Assembly (NCBI RefSeq): GCF_963921235.1
Contig: NC_086097.1
Span: 61,630,001-61,694,000 of the forward strand
DNA: 64,000 bases
Direction of reading: 5' to 3'
Source of the DNA: Mobula hypostoma
Lineage: Eukaryota
The notes beneath the pieces are model-generated. The model ran no database searches. It saw only the letters and a program-made list of their open reading frames with translations, and was not told the DNA's origin. The translations under genes were made by a program, and so were the position numbers. Below are positions 35,469 through 49,207 of the stretch, in pieces (position 1 is the first letter of the stretch; each line of letters opens with the position of its first letter).

Positions 35469-36685
35469 ATTAACTAAAGACACACATATTTTTGAAATAA
35501 AAGAAAATGAAATAACTTAATTGAGCTTCCTCTCATCTGAAGTTTGGAAATCTTGTTGAAATGGTAAAGTCAATCTGCAAGGCCAGAAGTGAAGTACACC
35601 TTTTCCTTCCACTCAGCAAGTTGCCAAGTGTCCCTGGACTCAAGGGTGCTTCCATAGAGAGAGCCAGAAGATGGACGCATGTTCAACTGAGTTCTCTACA
35701 GCATCCCACTAACGTGCCATCAGAACTATCCAAATAGACAGAGTAATCCTTGAGATCCCTCATCCTTTTGTTGGGAGTGAGTAAAGATGAATTCAGATGA
35801 TGAATAACATGATGAAGTAACTTTGTTTCCTGAATTGAAGAACAGAATAATTCTCTGCCTTCTGATTCTTGGTGTGGTTCAACTGTGTCTGGTGATCTTC
35901 TCCAGCACTATTCTGAGATAAAATGATAAACATTGTCCAAATGGGATATGCATATTTCCCAATTAAACAAACTGAATCAATGATTATGCAAGAATTGTAG
36001 CATTCCTCTCAATAGAGGAAGTGGTTTTGAAATTGCCGTATCTTACACCCAACTTATGTGAATAGCTAGCACAAAGAAAGCCATTTTAACAGCTGAACAA
36101 GGTGTATCCAAGCTGAATAGGCATTAGTTTCAGTGCTAATTTCACAAGGCTTTTTATCACGAGGTTTATATTTTTGACATCCTTGGTCACTGAACAGGTA
36201 GACCTAAATGACAAAGTTGCTGATGGTTTACTTATAAATATTCATCCACACTCGATTAGAGTCTGAGTGAAAGCAACTGAATTAATGATATTTCAAATGA
36301 AATGCTGTATATGACTAGCATTTTAATGTTAACAAACTGAGTGTGGAATAGATCAACCCATCAAAAAAAACGATAGCAAAGTGCAGACACAATAAAATGC
36401 AGATTTCTTCGTTATTTTCAGTATGAGAAGATATAATACCATTAGCACAGCTGTTAAGCATCAATTTTAAAGGAAAGATTTTCTTGGGTACAACCTGGAT
36501 TATTTGGGTGCAATGAATATTGATAAGCAGAGCTGATTAGAGTGAATGCCTGTTTGATTTTATCTATTTAAATCAATGGAAGGAAAATCAAACCTAAGAA
36601 GCATGCAAAATGACCTACACAATTTATTGACGTGCCAGAGCCTAACAATCTATAACACAGCAATCCAGGCTTCCAGAAGCTAACA

Positions 36686-37370
36686 CAGAACATAGAACGT
36701 AGCTCAGTATAGGACAGATCCTTTGGCCCACAATGTTGTGCCAACCCTTTAACCTACTCCAAGTTCAATCTAACCCTTCCCTCCTACGCAACTCTCCATT
36801 TATCAGTCATCCATGCACCTAGATATGGCCCTTGTGGCTACGGGGATCAGGGGATATGGAGGGAAGGCTGGTGCAGGGTTCTGAGTTGGATGATCAGCCA
36901 TGATCATAATAAATGGCGGTGCAGGCTTGAAGGGCCGAATGGCCTACTCCTGCACCTATTTTCTATGTTTCTATCTAAGAGGTTTTTAAATGCCCCTAAT
37001 GAATCTGCCTCTACCATGATCCATAGCAAGGCATCAAATGCACTCATAACTCCCTGTGTTTAAAAAAAACATACCTCTGACATCCCCTCTATACTTTCCT
37101 CTAATCACCTTAAAATTATGCTCTCTGGTATTAGTCAGTTCCACCCTGGGAAAAAGGGTAGCTATCCATTTAATCTATGTCTCTAGTCACCCTGTGCACC
37201 TCTATCAAGTCATCTCTCGTCCTCTTTCACTCTAAAGAGAAAATCCTTTGGTTGCTCAATCTATCCTCATAAAACTTACACTCTAATCCAGATAGTATCT
37301 GGTAATTCTCCTCTTCACCCTCTAAAACTTCCACATCCTTCTTGGGGCAACTAGAACTGAGTACAATTAA
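36686..37370 (-). mobile_element. CR1 3' fragment with a nested opposite-strand CR1 3' tail (~36831-36974)
   Basis: Tail CAGAACATAGAAC on the left; the nested piece ends CCTATTTTCTATGTTTCTAT. Confidence 0.8.
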
Positions 37371-38150
37371 CCTGTTAATCATTACAGTATTTTCTAGTGG
37401 ACAGATTCTGTATTAGGTAAATTCAATGACATGAGGGGTTAAAGACTACTATTTTATCATTCTATTCAGCCACTTACAGCCTGGAGAAGAACTCTGTGGC
37501 CAGTTCTTTGACCAGGTGTTTGCATGTCTTTTGACTCTATGCTGAAGTCTCCAGATCTTTGAAGGTAACGTCAGGGCAAGAATGATCATGTATAAAACTG
37601 ACAGAGCCACTACACACTTGATATCTATCTCTGGGAAGGCATGAGGATTTGCAACACACCTATGAGCCACTACAAATACCAGATCATGCCTTTCGGGTTG
37701 GAAAGTGCTCCAGTGGTATTTCAAGCCTTCATCATTATTGTGCTCTGGGAGATGATACACTACTTTCTTTTTATGATATACTCATTTTCTCCTGGTCCAG
37801 CACGTCTGGCAGGTTCTACAATGGTTTCTCGAGAAACAACTATTTGTCAAGCTTGAAAAGTGTGAATTCCATGTATCCCCAGTCTCTCTCCTTGAATTTG
37901 TTATATCTAAGGGAAACCTACAAATGGACCCCCAATAAGACCCATGCCGTGCAGAATTGACTGCAACCCACCTCTGTGAAACAACTCCAGCAGTTTCTAG
38001 GTTTTGCCAACTTTTACAGGAGGTTCATCTGCAATTTCAGTTTAGTGGCAGTACCGCTCACCAGCATCACCAAGAAATCCGCTGGGTCCTTGCTGCTGGA
38101 CCCTGGAGACCAAGGCAGCTTTTGCAGAGTTAAAATAAAGGCTCACTTCT

Positions 38151-39253
38151 TTCTTTCTTTTTAAATCTTTTTATTGAGTAAGTATACAAAAAAGGTAAGC
38201 CATATAAACATTAATACAATGTTAAAGTATAATAAAATTCCAAAAGATAACAATACCAAAAAGAAAATACTACAAACAATGTAATTTAAGCATAAGAAAC
38301 CAAGATAACATAATAGTATACTAGATTTTATATATATCAATGGAAAAAAAGAAAAAAAAAACCCCAAAAAAAAAACCCACCGTGCAACTAACTAAAAGCA
38401 AAGCAAAGCAATGGGCTAACTTGAAACCAAACAGAGTTAAACTTAAAATCACGTCCTCAATCCCGACCTCCATTAAAACAGTGAAGAGAAAACAAGAAGG
38501 GTAAATATTACATTAAATGAAAATATCGAATAAAAGGTCCCCAAATCTGTTCAAATTTAAATGAAGAATCATAAAGGTTACTTCTAATTTTCTCCAGATT
38601 CAAACATAAAATCGTCTGAGAAAACCAAAAAAAGGTAGTTGGAGCATTAAGCTCTTTCCAATGTTGTAAAATACATCTTTTCGCCATTAAAGTAAGAAAT
38701 GCAATCATTCTACGGGCTGAAGGGGAAAGATTACTAGAAATTTTAGGTAGTCCAAAGATAGCAGTAATAGGGTGAGGAGAGATATCTATATTTAATACCT
38801 TAGAAATAATATTGAAAATATCTCTCCAAAAAGTTTCCAAAGTAGGGCAAGACCAAAACATATGAGTTAAAGAGGCTATCTGCCCCGAACATCTATCACA
38901 GAAAGGATTAATATGCGAGTAAAAACGCGCTAACTTATCTTTGGACATATGTGCTCTATGAACCACTTTAAATTGAATTAGGGAATGTTTAGCACAAATA
39001 GAGGAAGTATTAACTAATTGTAAAATCTGCCCCCAATCATCCACAGAAATGGTAAGCCCCAATTCCTGTTCCCAATCTACCCTAATCTTATCAAATGGAG
39101 CTTTCCTAAGTTTCATAATAATATTATAAATCATAGCCGATGCACCTTTCTGACATGGATTAAGGTTAATTATCGAATCTAAAATATATATAGGAGGAAG
39201 CATTGGAAAGGAAGTAAGTATAGTACTTAGGAAATTTCTAACTTGTAAATATC
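38151..39253 (-). mobile_element. Young 5'-truncated L1-clade LINE, perfect 13-bp TSD
   Basis: AAGGCTCACTTCT at 38138-38150 and 39254-39266; open ORF2 C-terminus with a CCHC knuckle CDRC...LTHMFWSC; AATAAA and A-rich tail. Confidence 0.93.
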
Positions 39254-41360
39254 AAGGCTCACTTCTGCACCTATCCCAGTTCCACCAGACACAGACTTAC
39301 CTTTTGTGGCGGAGTTTGTTACATCGGACATGGGAGGTGGATTCTGTTCGAATGAACTTGCCTCAGTCCACAAACTGCATCCCTGTGCCTTCTACTCAAG
39401 ACATCTTTCTCACAGGGAGGCAAACTATGAAATCAGGAATTGGGAATTGTTGGCTGTTAAACTGACACTGGAGGAGTTTAGGCACTCCAGAGGGGTCCAA
39501 ACGTCCCTCTGTGATATGGACTGACCACAAAAACCTAGCCTACACCCAGCATGTGAAGGGCTGAGTTCCAGGCGGGCACATTGGTGACTATTCTTCAATA
39601 GGTTCAACTTTCTGAATACTTACCACTCAGAATTAAAAGATCAACAACCAGATGCTCTCTCTGGACCGTTTGAAGCACCTAATGGGGAGACAAACCCTTC
39701 AACTATAATTCTCAGCTCCAGAGTGGTGGCAGCCAGCCACTGAAACACAGACTTAATAGTGTGACGAGCCAAAGAGCCACATGAGGCAGACCCAGGTAAC
39801 GGTCGTCCTGGATGTACCTTTGATCCTGAAGATGTTTTTTTGCAGATGCTCAACTGGGGGACACAGTGGGTGCAGGTGTGGCACCATAGAGTTCATCAAG
39901 ATATATTACTGGTGACCCAGCATGACTAAAGATGTCCAGGGATAGGTCTTAGCATGTGATATCTGTGCAAAAAATAAAGAACCCCAGAGCCCAGCCTTGA
40001 GGTCTGCTTCAGCCTCGCCCCATTCCTACTCACCTTGGTCCCACCTTTCTATGGACTTTGTCAATGGTTTTCCAGCATCTCAGGGTAATACAGTCATCAT
40101 GATAGTTGTAGCCCAATTCTCCTAGGTCTGTCTGACACTTTGTACCCCCTTCCAAAATACCATCAGAGATCACTGAGCTCATGTTCCTTTATGTTTTCAG
40201 AATTCACAGTTTCCACCAGGACATCATCTCTGATTCTGGTTGCCACTTTGCCTCTAGCTTTTGGAAAGCCTTCTGTTCGCTAACTGGAACCTCTGCCAGA
40301 ATGTTGTCCAGGTTTCATCCGCAGACCAATGGACAAATGAAGAGGATCAACCAGGACCTAGAGAGAACACTCAGATGTCTAGCCTTGAGGAGCCCTACCA
40401 CCTGGAGTGACAACCTAGTCTGGGTGGAGATTGAGCACTTCAGCATCTATCTGTCATGCTGTCCCCTTTCGAATGCCAATATGGCTACCATCCTCCTCCA
40501 TTCCCGGAACAAGAAGCAGAGGTGGGGGTTCCATCAGGAGACCAACTGGTCCAGGCAGGGCACCAGAAATAGGTTAAGGTGAGAGACATTGTTGGCCACT
40601 TTGTGACAACAACAAGACCAAGCCAACCACCAGAGAAAACAGCACCAGCACTTCTTCCCAATCAGTGGGTCTAGGTCTCAGCTAGTGATCTCCCCATAAA
40701 GGTTCAACGCTGAAAATTGTCCATTTGTTATAACACTCTGTTCAAAATCCTGTGACGCATCAACCCAGTTACCAATTGTTTATAACTCCTGAGCAGCATA
40801 CGGATTCAACTCATTTTCTACGTCTCCTGACTCAAGTCCTTGAGTGCCAGCCCCTTGGCTTCGGTTCCCGAACATCCTCTGCCACCCAGATTTGTTGAAG
40901 AACAACTCACCTACACAGTAGGGCAACTTTTAGAAACCCGCATTGATCAAGGTAACCATCAGTACCTTGTGAATTGGGAGGCATATGGCTCAGAAGAAAG
41001 AAGCTGAATTCCTTCACGGGACATCCTGGATCTTATCTTGATAGTGAACTTTCACCAGCACTATCCTGATTTCCCTGGGCTGTCAGGAGCCAGCAATAGG
41101 AGTAGGGGTGTTTTCTGACATGGTTCTGACTGAGCAGCGACAGGCATCCAAATTTTGGCACTCTAATCCCCAGAGCTTGGTTAGCTGCCATTGTCCCTTT
41201 AAGACTCAGGAGGCCAATTATTGCCTGCCACATTCCTTCATGGAAGTCTTAAAGGCCTGTGCTGAGTAGTCAGTATTTAATAGTCAGAGTTCCATTTCTA
41301 GTACTATTGCCTGTAATTTTGCCTTGTGATTTTGTTTGTACCATCCTGTTTATTTTAAGT

Positions 41361-41440
41361 CCGAAGTTCCCAACCTGGGATCTGTGGACCTTTCGGCTAA
41401 TGGTAGGTGTCCATAGCATTAAAAATGTTGGCAAACCCTG
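41361..41440. mobile_element. Tiny hAT MITE
   Basis: ...GTTCCCAACC...GTTGGCAAACCCTG followed by TTCTAGAC; similar to 12552-12615. Confidence 0.5.
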
Positions 41441-41551
41441 TTCTAGACCTTACTTTGCACATGGGATCACCACCATCCATAGGCCTCTTGTTATATTATG
41501 TCATTAAAAATGTCTCCACTACTGACACCTGCCCATGCTATCCCAGTCAGT

Positions 41552-41798
41552 TATTGTGTATTTAATATTTCTGTAGTATTTAAGTAATATAGTAAAAATG
41601 TTGTTTGATTAAGTATACTATGGTGATTCAAATAACTTATAACGGGTTTCAGGTAAAAGTACGTGAATGTAAAAACATCATTATGCCAGCATGTCATATT
41701 TACACACCTCACTAATGTAAAATGAAGTAAACACGTTTTCCTGGACCCTGATGTTTTTCTTCAATTAGTTTTATGTTTTAGAGTTACAGATCCTGACA
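41552..41798 (+). mobile_element. LTR of the Mag-like Gypsy family
   Basis: Homologous to 3290-3518; ends GAGTTACAGATCCTGACA followed by a CTGGTG PBS remnant. Confidence 0.75.
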
Positions 41799-42353
41799 CT
41801 GGTGTTGTCTTTTGTAGATGTACATGAACATGGTGGGTAGATCCTTCCAATTGCAGGCTTTAAGCATGTTCTATTTTCTTCTTATAAATTTTCCAGGTAC
41901 TTGTCTCTTCCTGTTTTTTTTTCTCTTCACTACTGGTACCGGGAAACAGTAATTACACTTACACTTCCTGCCCTCATCAGCTTGATGGGGCTACGAGCCA
42001 GTGTCCTTCAGCACACATACAATGACACCCAAATGTATTCCACTTACCAACTTTAAAAGCTTCCAGCAGAGACAGCTATTACTTCTGACTGCTAATTTAG
42101 AAATGATTTCCCAAATGCAGTTTCTGTACTATGTGCTCCACCTGTTACTGAGCAGTTTGCACTTCATGTCAAGGCTTACATACACAGAATGCAGACAGTA
42201 CAGATCAAAGGGGTTCTCGATTGTGATTGTAATGGCAACTATTTCCTTCACTCTAACATCCACCATTTCCTATTAACAGAGCACAGTTTCAGCTGGGTAG
42301 CGATGACAGCTGAAGGCTACATTCCATTGAAAAGCTTTTACTAACAAGAGAAG

Positions 42354-42488
42354 TCAGAATCAGAAGCAGGTTTACTATCACTGGCATGCGACGTGAAATT
42401 TGTTAACTTAGCACTGGCAGTTCAATGTAATACATAATATAGAAGAAAAAAATAAATAGTAAATCAATTACAGTATATGTATATTGAA
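42354..42488 (-). mobile_element. LINE 3' tail fragment ((TTCTGA)n type)
   Basis: TCAGAATCAGAAGCAGGTTTACTATCACTG; similar tails at ~46937 (minus) and ~46020 (plus). Confidence 0.55.
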
Positions 42489-42489
42489 G

Positions 42490-43376
42490 TCGAGAGGCAA
42501 CAGAAGAGCTTGGCATATTTGGAGAAAAGGCAAAGAATGGCAGATGAAATACAGTGTTGGGAATTGTATGGTCACTTTGGTAGAAGAAATGAAAGTGTTG
42601 ACTATTTTCTAAATGGAGGGAAAATGCAAAAAAAAACTGAGATACGAAGAGACTTGGGAGTCCTTGTATAGGATTCCCTAAAAGGTTAATTTGCAGGTTT
42701 GGTCTGTGGTGAGGAGAACAAATACAATGCCGGCATTCATTTCAAGAGGACTAGAACATAAAAGCAAGGATGTAAAGTTGTAAAGCACTGGGGAGGCCTG
42801 ACTTGGAGTATTGTGAGCAGGTTTGGGCCCCTTATTTTAGAAAGGATGTGCTGAATCTGGAGAGGGTTCAAATGAGATTCACAAAAATGACTCCAGGTTT
42901 GAATGGCTTGTCATATGAAGAGCATTTGATGGCTCTGGGCCTGTATTCACTAGAATTCAGGAGAATGAGGGGTGACCATATTGAAACCTATTGAATGATG
43001 AAAGGCCTTGATAGAGTGGATGTGGAGAAGATGTTTTCTGTGGTGGGAGAGTCTAAGATCAGAGGAAACTGCCTCAGAATAGAGGGGTGGCCTTTTAGAA
43101 TGGAGATGGGAAGAAATTTCTTTAGCTAGAAAGTGGTGAATCTAAGGAATTCTTTGCCGTCAGCAGCTGTGGAGGTCAAGTCTTTATGTATATTTAACGC
43201 AGAGGTTGATAGTTTCTTGATGGGTCAAGGCATGAAGGGATAAGGGGTGGTGGTGGAGAAGGTGGGAGATTGGGGCTGAGAGAAAAATTGGATCAGCCAT
43301 GATGAAATGGAGGAGCAGACTCAAAGGGCCATCTGGTCTAATTCTGTTCCTATATCTTAAGGTCTTATGGTCTTAT
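42490..43376 (+). mobile_element. CR1 3' fragment
   Basis: EYCEQVWAPYFRKD and LEFRRMRGD; tail TCTTATGGTCTTA. Confidence 0.9.
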
Positions 43377-44264
43377 ACTTTGATTGTTCCTCCATGTTGT
43401 AAGGATAAACCCTTTCAGCTGAACAAACAAAAAAAAACTGCTGACGAGTTGCAGCAGGTGACGACAACAATCTTTAAAGTTAAATTGAGCATAGAGAATA
43501 TTTACCTGTAACATAAGACCACAATGCATGATTAGCGTTATTAATGTGCAGATGCCTAATATGCTTCTGGGACTTTACCCTGTGTAGTTTTTTTGATAGA
43601 GGAATTGATCTGTTTCTTGCAGGTTATTCTTTCTCTTAAAATACCACTTTGAGGAACCCATGACTAATTAAGTTTTCCTTTCATTCCGGACATACATTGG
43701 CCATTTCTGTTTTGCCACTGGTGCTCAGATACTACAGAGGGTAATCATTTTTTTTTAAGTTTTTATAAGATCAAGATACATCTATGGTAAAACTAGTGAA
43801 ACATTAAGTAGAAAATACTGGCCTTGTTCCTCCCTTTACTGACCTCAAATCAGCCGAGGAAATCATCGTACAGCTATTCCCAGAGCCTGTCAGTGTTCTG
43901 GCCCTAGAGTACAGCTGCAGAGTCCAAAGATTCATGCTGAGGATCTCGAGTCCAAAATACCCCTTACAATCTTTGACAACTCGCAGACCTGGAGGTGGAA
44001 CCTAACCACCGTAAAGATTATAATCAGTTTGGATTGTTTTTAGAATTTCCCAAGATTATAAACTTCTACAAACTATTAAAATGAAAGAATATATATGTAT
44101 TTTAAAAGCCACTTAAAGAAGTAAATTGAAAATAGTGAATGTCACAGGAAGTAACTTCTGCCTTTTGGCCGCCAAAAACTCTCCATCCAATCTCCATTAA
44201 ATGGAACAGGGTCTTGGAACTTGCCTTGAATCATGAGATGATCCCTCAGCACAATGATTTATTT

Positions 44265-44390
44265 CAAACAAGAGAAAACCTTTAGATGCTGGAAATCAAA
44301 GCAATGCACATAAAATGCTGGAGACCAGGCAGCATATATGGAAAAGAGTAAACTGTTGATGTTTTGGGCTGAGACCCTTCATCAAGACTA
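44265..44390 (-). mobile_element. PLE terminal repeat fragment with decayed hammerhead
   Basis: Reverse complement AGTCTTGATGAAGGGTCTCAGCCCAAAACATC; another piece at 44650-44718. Confidence 0.65.
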
Positions 44391-45744
44391 ATGAAAAGCA
44401 CCCAGACCAAACCCACGTGATCATGGAAAGAACATGCAAACTCCTTATAGACAGCTGCTACATTATCCCAACAAGATTTTGCTTGCAGTGGACAATACAT
44501 GGATTCATGTGGTAAAACAAACTGATGAGGCCTTCTATCAACATGTGGGTACATTTGAGACATCACGTTCATCAGCTGGACCCTAGACATTCCTTAACTG
44601 GGTGTCACCCAGTGACAATAGAGAATTGGAAGAGATCATATTGTAAAATCACAAGCAAGAGAAAATCTGCAGATACTGGAAATCAAATCAACACACACAA
44701 AATGCTGGAGGAATTCTCTTCAGTCACTGAAGGAGGCAGAGCTAATCAGTCTCTGAAAGCACAGTGGAATCTTGTTTCTCAGAACACAACTAATTGCAGT
44801 GGAAAATATTCCCTTTAATGTCCTTGTTTCATTGGCGTGGTATATATTCTGACAATATTTTATAGAAATGTATGAACTATTATTAGTTTTGCATCAATTT
44901 TGGAATTCACGGTGAGGATCAGAGATGAGAGGTCAGGGCAATGATTTAGGCCGGAGACGTCAAGGAGTTGGAGAAGTTACAGTGAAAAGATCTCGTTCAT
45001 GTATAGTCAAAGAAAAGGCCACAGTTTCCTTGTTAAATCCAGGAAAGCAAACTGACTCTCCTGGACCAAACAGAATTTGGCAATGACATGTAAGTCATTC
45101 AGTTCCAGGATATGGTTTCCAAGAGGACTTGCTTGATGAGAGAGTTACAGAGCCCTTATACTTTCAGGGGCGTCCAGCTTATTTTGCAGATTGGATCCTG
45201 ATACGGAGATTATGTTAATATGCTTTTTCAAAAATAAAATTTAGGGCCTTGTTTCTCACCTGCTGGTGTTCTTATCTGTGAAAAAGTTAAAGTCAAGATC
45301 AGTGGATGAAGGAATCGTCTTTTAATCTGAACTACTGCTCACCCCACTTCACAGCATGATGTGCACAGTTGACAGGTGTTAAAGTTGAAATCATTATGTC
45401 AGAATAGTTTGGTCAGTAGCTTTCTCTTTGGATTTAGAGATTGTGCTTTGCCCCAATCCAGATTATTCACTGTAAATTAAGGAACACTGAGTCAACACTA
45501 AACTCCAAGTCAGAATGAAGAGATGTCTTGAGAAACAGGACATGCTTTTAGAAGAGGAATGCAGGAGGAGGGCTCTACAGATGTTCTCATGAAAACATCA
45601 GCAAGGTTGTTCATAAATGAGACTTTTCTGCATAAAGAAGGGCATGTGAAATCTGCCAGAACTACAACCTTAGAGCAGGACAATGACTGCACTGTCAGTA
45701 GCTGTTAAAGTAAACTTTCATGCTTCCTTGCAATAAAACCTTGA

Positions 45745-46030
45745 GTGACCACAATCAGATCCATCCAGGACATGCCCTCTTCTCATCAGGGAGCCTGAGA
45801 ATGCACACTCAATATTTTAGGGACACTGTCGTCACCTCCACCATCATGTTGTTAAATGGTCCATAAACCCATGAACACTTCCTCACTAATTTGCTCTCCT
45901 GCACTATTTTCTTTCAATTTCTTATCATAACTTATAGAATTTGATTATGTATTGCACTGAATCGCTGTCGCAAAATAACAAATTTCACAACAAATCAGTG
46001 ATAATAAATGTGACTCATTCAGATTCTGAT
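45745..46030 (+). mobile_element. Old Rex1-like 3' end
   Basis: CATCCAGGACATGCCCTCTTCTCA...ACAAATTTCACAACA...GATTCTGAT tail. Confidence 0.55.
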
Positions 46031-46934
46031 GTGTGGGGGCCTGGTGGTGAGCATGAACTCAATCAGCTGAGGAGCCTGTTTCCGTGCAATGAGATTCTAT
46101 GGCTTTCTGTTCAAAATGGTTGTCTCAGCATTTGTGATCAGCATTGAACTAGCCTTTTGCCCAGCTCATACTCCTGTGGAGGGAACCTGGTCAATTGATC
46201 TGAATGGTGGAACCTTTTTGCACTGTAATAATGTTACATGGGAAAGGAAGGGATGAAAAACAGCCTTTGGCCGCTTTGCAGCTGAGGCACCTATAATGGT
46301 CAGTTTAGCAGCTTGCCAAATCTATCCAAAATGCTAAATGTTTCAGGATGCTCCTAATTTTCACGAAGATTCAAAAGCTAACAAAATCTTTTGAAATCCA
46401 TTCAAACAAAAGGGAGCAAAGATAATTAATATTTATTTTAAAGCAATTATACATTCAAATACTGAATCTCAAGCAATTAAGAAATTCTTTGGAATCATTT
46501 ATCTTTTACGCTCTTAACTGTTCCCTGTATCGAAAGCTATTTATCCAGGTGGTTGGAGCAGAAGTCCTACTGAAAGAAAGGAGGAATTGTCATATCTTCT
46601 CATTTCTTCACTGGGCATTATCAGTGGGCAGTAGCAAAATTACTGCAACCAAGCAGCATCAACATTAGGACTTCCTCATTCATACAGCTCTACAGAGACT
46701 GCAGGGAGATGTATATGGGAATGTCAGCAGATTTGCAAGGAACTGCTGTAACTTAACCACAAGCACCAGTTCATATTGACAGAGGAACTCATAGCTTTAA
46801 TTTTTATGCCATCCAGAAAGATAATTCCATATCTAACTACACCGAGATAGTCCCAAAGGAGAAACGAGAGGCATAGATTGCTACAAAAACATGGTGCTAT
46901 ATTTACAGAGGAAGTGCAGTGCAGATAGACATAT

Positions 46935-47970
46935 AATCAGAATCAGGTCTATTATCACAGACTTATGTTGTGATATTTGTTGTTTTGTGACTTATTACCA
47001 TAAGTAAGTAATGCAAAAAGAGAGCATGAGGTAGTGTTCAAGGTCATTCAGAAATCTGATGGCAGAGGGGAAGAGACTAAAGTGTCTACAGGCTCCTGTA
47101 CCTCCATCCTGACAGTAGTAATGAGAGTAGGACATGTCCCGGATAACGGGGGCTCATCATGATGGCCCTTAAAAGGCAAGGGCGAGGACAAGGTAGACTG
47201 AGAGATCAGTAAGTTCGTATTTATCATGTAAAATGTCTGATCATGAATCTTATAACAGCAGGATAAAAGCTGGCCTTGAACGAAGTGATAAGTGTTCTCA
47301 AGCATTTGTATCTACTGCTCGATGGAATTAGGGAGAAGAGAGAATGACTGAAATGCGAGGGTCCATGAATACATTGGCTGTTTTCCCAAGGATTAGGCCG
47401 GTTTTCATGAATTAGAATTTTATTTAGAATTTTATTTCTTACATCTATCTCACAACATGAGAGAGCAAAATTCTTTATGTTGCGTCCCCATCACAATGTA
47501 CAAGCAATAAAGAAGGGAAATATGGCAGAATATTGCCCAAACACTAAGATTGTCAACATTGTTTTGCATTCATGTATGTACCGTGCAATGCAATGTACAG
47601 TCAGCTATGCAAACAGACCAATGTGACTTGCTAAATCTGATGTCCTGGTGAAAGAAGCTATCCCTGAGCTTATTGGTCTTGGCCTTAATGCCGTGGTACA
47701 GTTTGCCAGACAGAAGCACTGAAACAACTTGTGGTTGAGGTGGCTGGAGTCCCTGATGATCCTCCAGGCCCTTTTTACGCATCGGCTGCTGTAAATGCTC
47801 TGAATAGTGGACAATTCAGATCCACAGACGAACTGGGCTCTCCGCACTACTCTCTGCAGTGCCCTGCGACTGAGGGTAGTACAGTTCCTGTACCAGATGG
47901 TGACACAGCTAGTCAGGATGCTCTCAGCGGTGCCCCTGAGGATTTTGGGACTCATACCAAACATCTTCAG
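46935..47970 (-). mobile_element. Cluster of Rex1/Babar 3' fragments
   Basis: ORF 47605-47964 FGMSPKIL..ESILTSCVTIWYRNC..LQRVVRRAQ plus several 3' UTR/tail remnants. Confidence 0.75.
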
Positions 47971-48319
47971 GTCTTCTTGATGGACTGGCCTGTATTCACA
48001 ATATTGCAGTCTTGGACAAAATAGTTGTCATACTAGCTGTGATACATTTAGATAGGATGTTTTACATGGTGTGTCTATAAAACTGGTTTGATAGAATGTG
48101 TCATCTCAAGACTGAATTCACTCACCTTGATAACATGTCAGATAGTTAAACTGCTACCTAGTTCAAATGTGCATTTGGAATGCAATGACCTCAACCATAT
48201 TATCTGGAAATGTCTGGTATAGATGTCTAGTTATCTGATGTTCTCTGATGATACAAAATGTTTCTTTCACCTTTAGGTACTTACTACTTTCATAAAGTAG
48301 CATGAGCTAGCTCTAATAA

Positions 48320-48676
48320 ATTTGATAGAGGTATACAAAATTATGAAGGGTATAGATAGGTAAATGCAAGCAGGCGTTTTCCATTGAGGTTGGGTGAGAC
48401 TAGAGGTAACGGGCTAAGGATGAAACTTGAACTGTTTAAAGGGAACATGAGGGGGAACTTCTTCACTCAGGGTGGTGAAAGTGGTATGAGCTTCCAGCTG
48501 GAAGATACACGTTTGATTTCAATATTTAAGAGTAATTTGGATAAATGCATGGATGGGAGAGGTATGGAGGGCTACAGTCCATGTGTTACTTGATGGAACT
48601 AGACAGAATAATAGCTTGCAATGAACTAGATAGGCCAAAGGCCTATTTTTATGCTCTGGTGTTTTATCACTCTATC
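48320..48676 (+). mobile_element. CR1 3' fragment
   Basis: LIEVYKIMKGIDR and RGNFFTQ. Confidence 0.8.
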
Positions 48677-49207
48677 ATACCTATGTATCTACTTCCTGTG
48701 AGTTTAAAAACAATCTGAATTCTCTGCCAAACAGCATTGATGACATCTTGTCACTACATGACTGCAGTGGGTTTCCCCAAGAGAAATTAAGAATTGGTAA
48801 TGAATAATGTCCTTTTCAGTGCCAGCTACTTCCTATGACATTTTAAAATATCACATATTAATGCCACTTTTTCGATAGGCCTCTGCTCTTTCCTATCAAG
48901 CACTATCTTCTTCCAATATCAGAATAGAATCCCAGGTTACATAGCAGTTTGTTCAGCTCATGATCCAGCAACTTTATAGTCTATGTAGTCTGTTGATCTG
49001 CAGCACCTATTAATGTGGGCGTGATGCCCTGCTTCTATGGGTATCGTTAAGCATTATCCTTCCCTGTGTGTGTTGCTCAGGATCTCCAGAATCTCTTGTT
49101 TCTACTCTTCCCATGCAGCTTTAACTTGGTGGGATGAGCAGATTCTCAACAATCCTACCTCATCAGAACAAGAGGAGGCTCACATATGCAAACCTCTTCA
49201 ACCCTTT

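Larger units (their letters stand above)
37660..41545 (+). mobile_element. Degenerate sushi-type chromoviral Gypsy: RT, RNase H, integrase, chromodomain, PPT, 3' LTR
   Basis: [70 protein letters not shown] and FHPQTNGQ motifs. Chromodomain QYLVNWEAYGSEERS at ~40960-41005; purine tract AGGAGTAGGGG at ~41098-41108. Confidence 0.92.
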
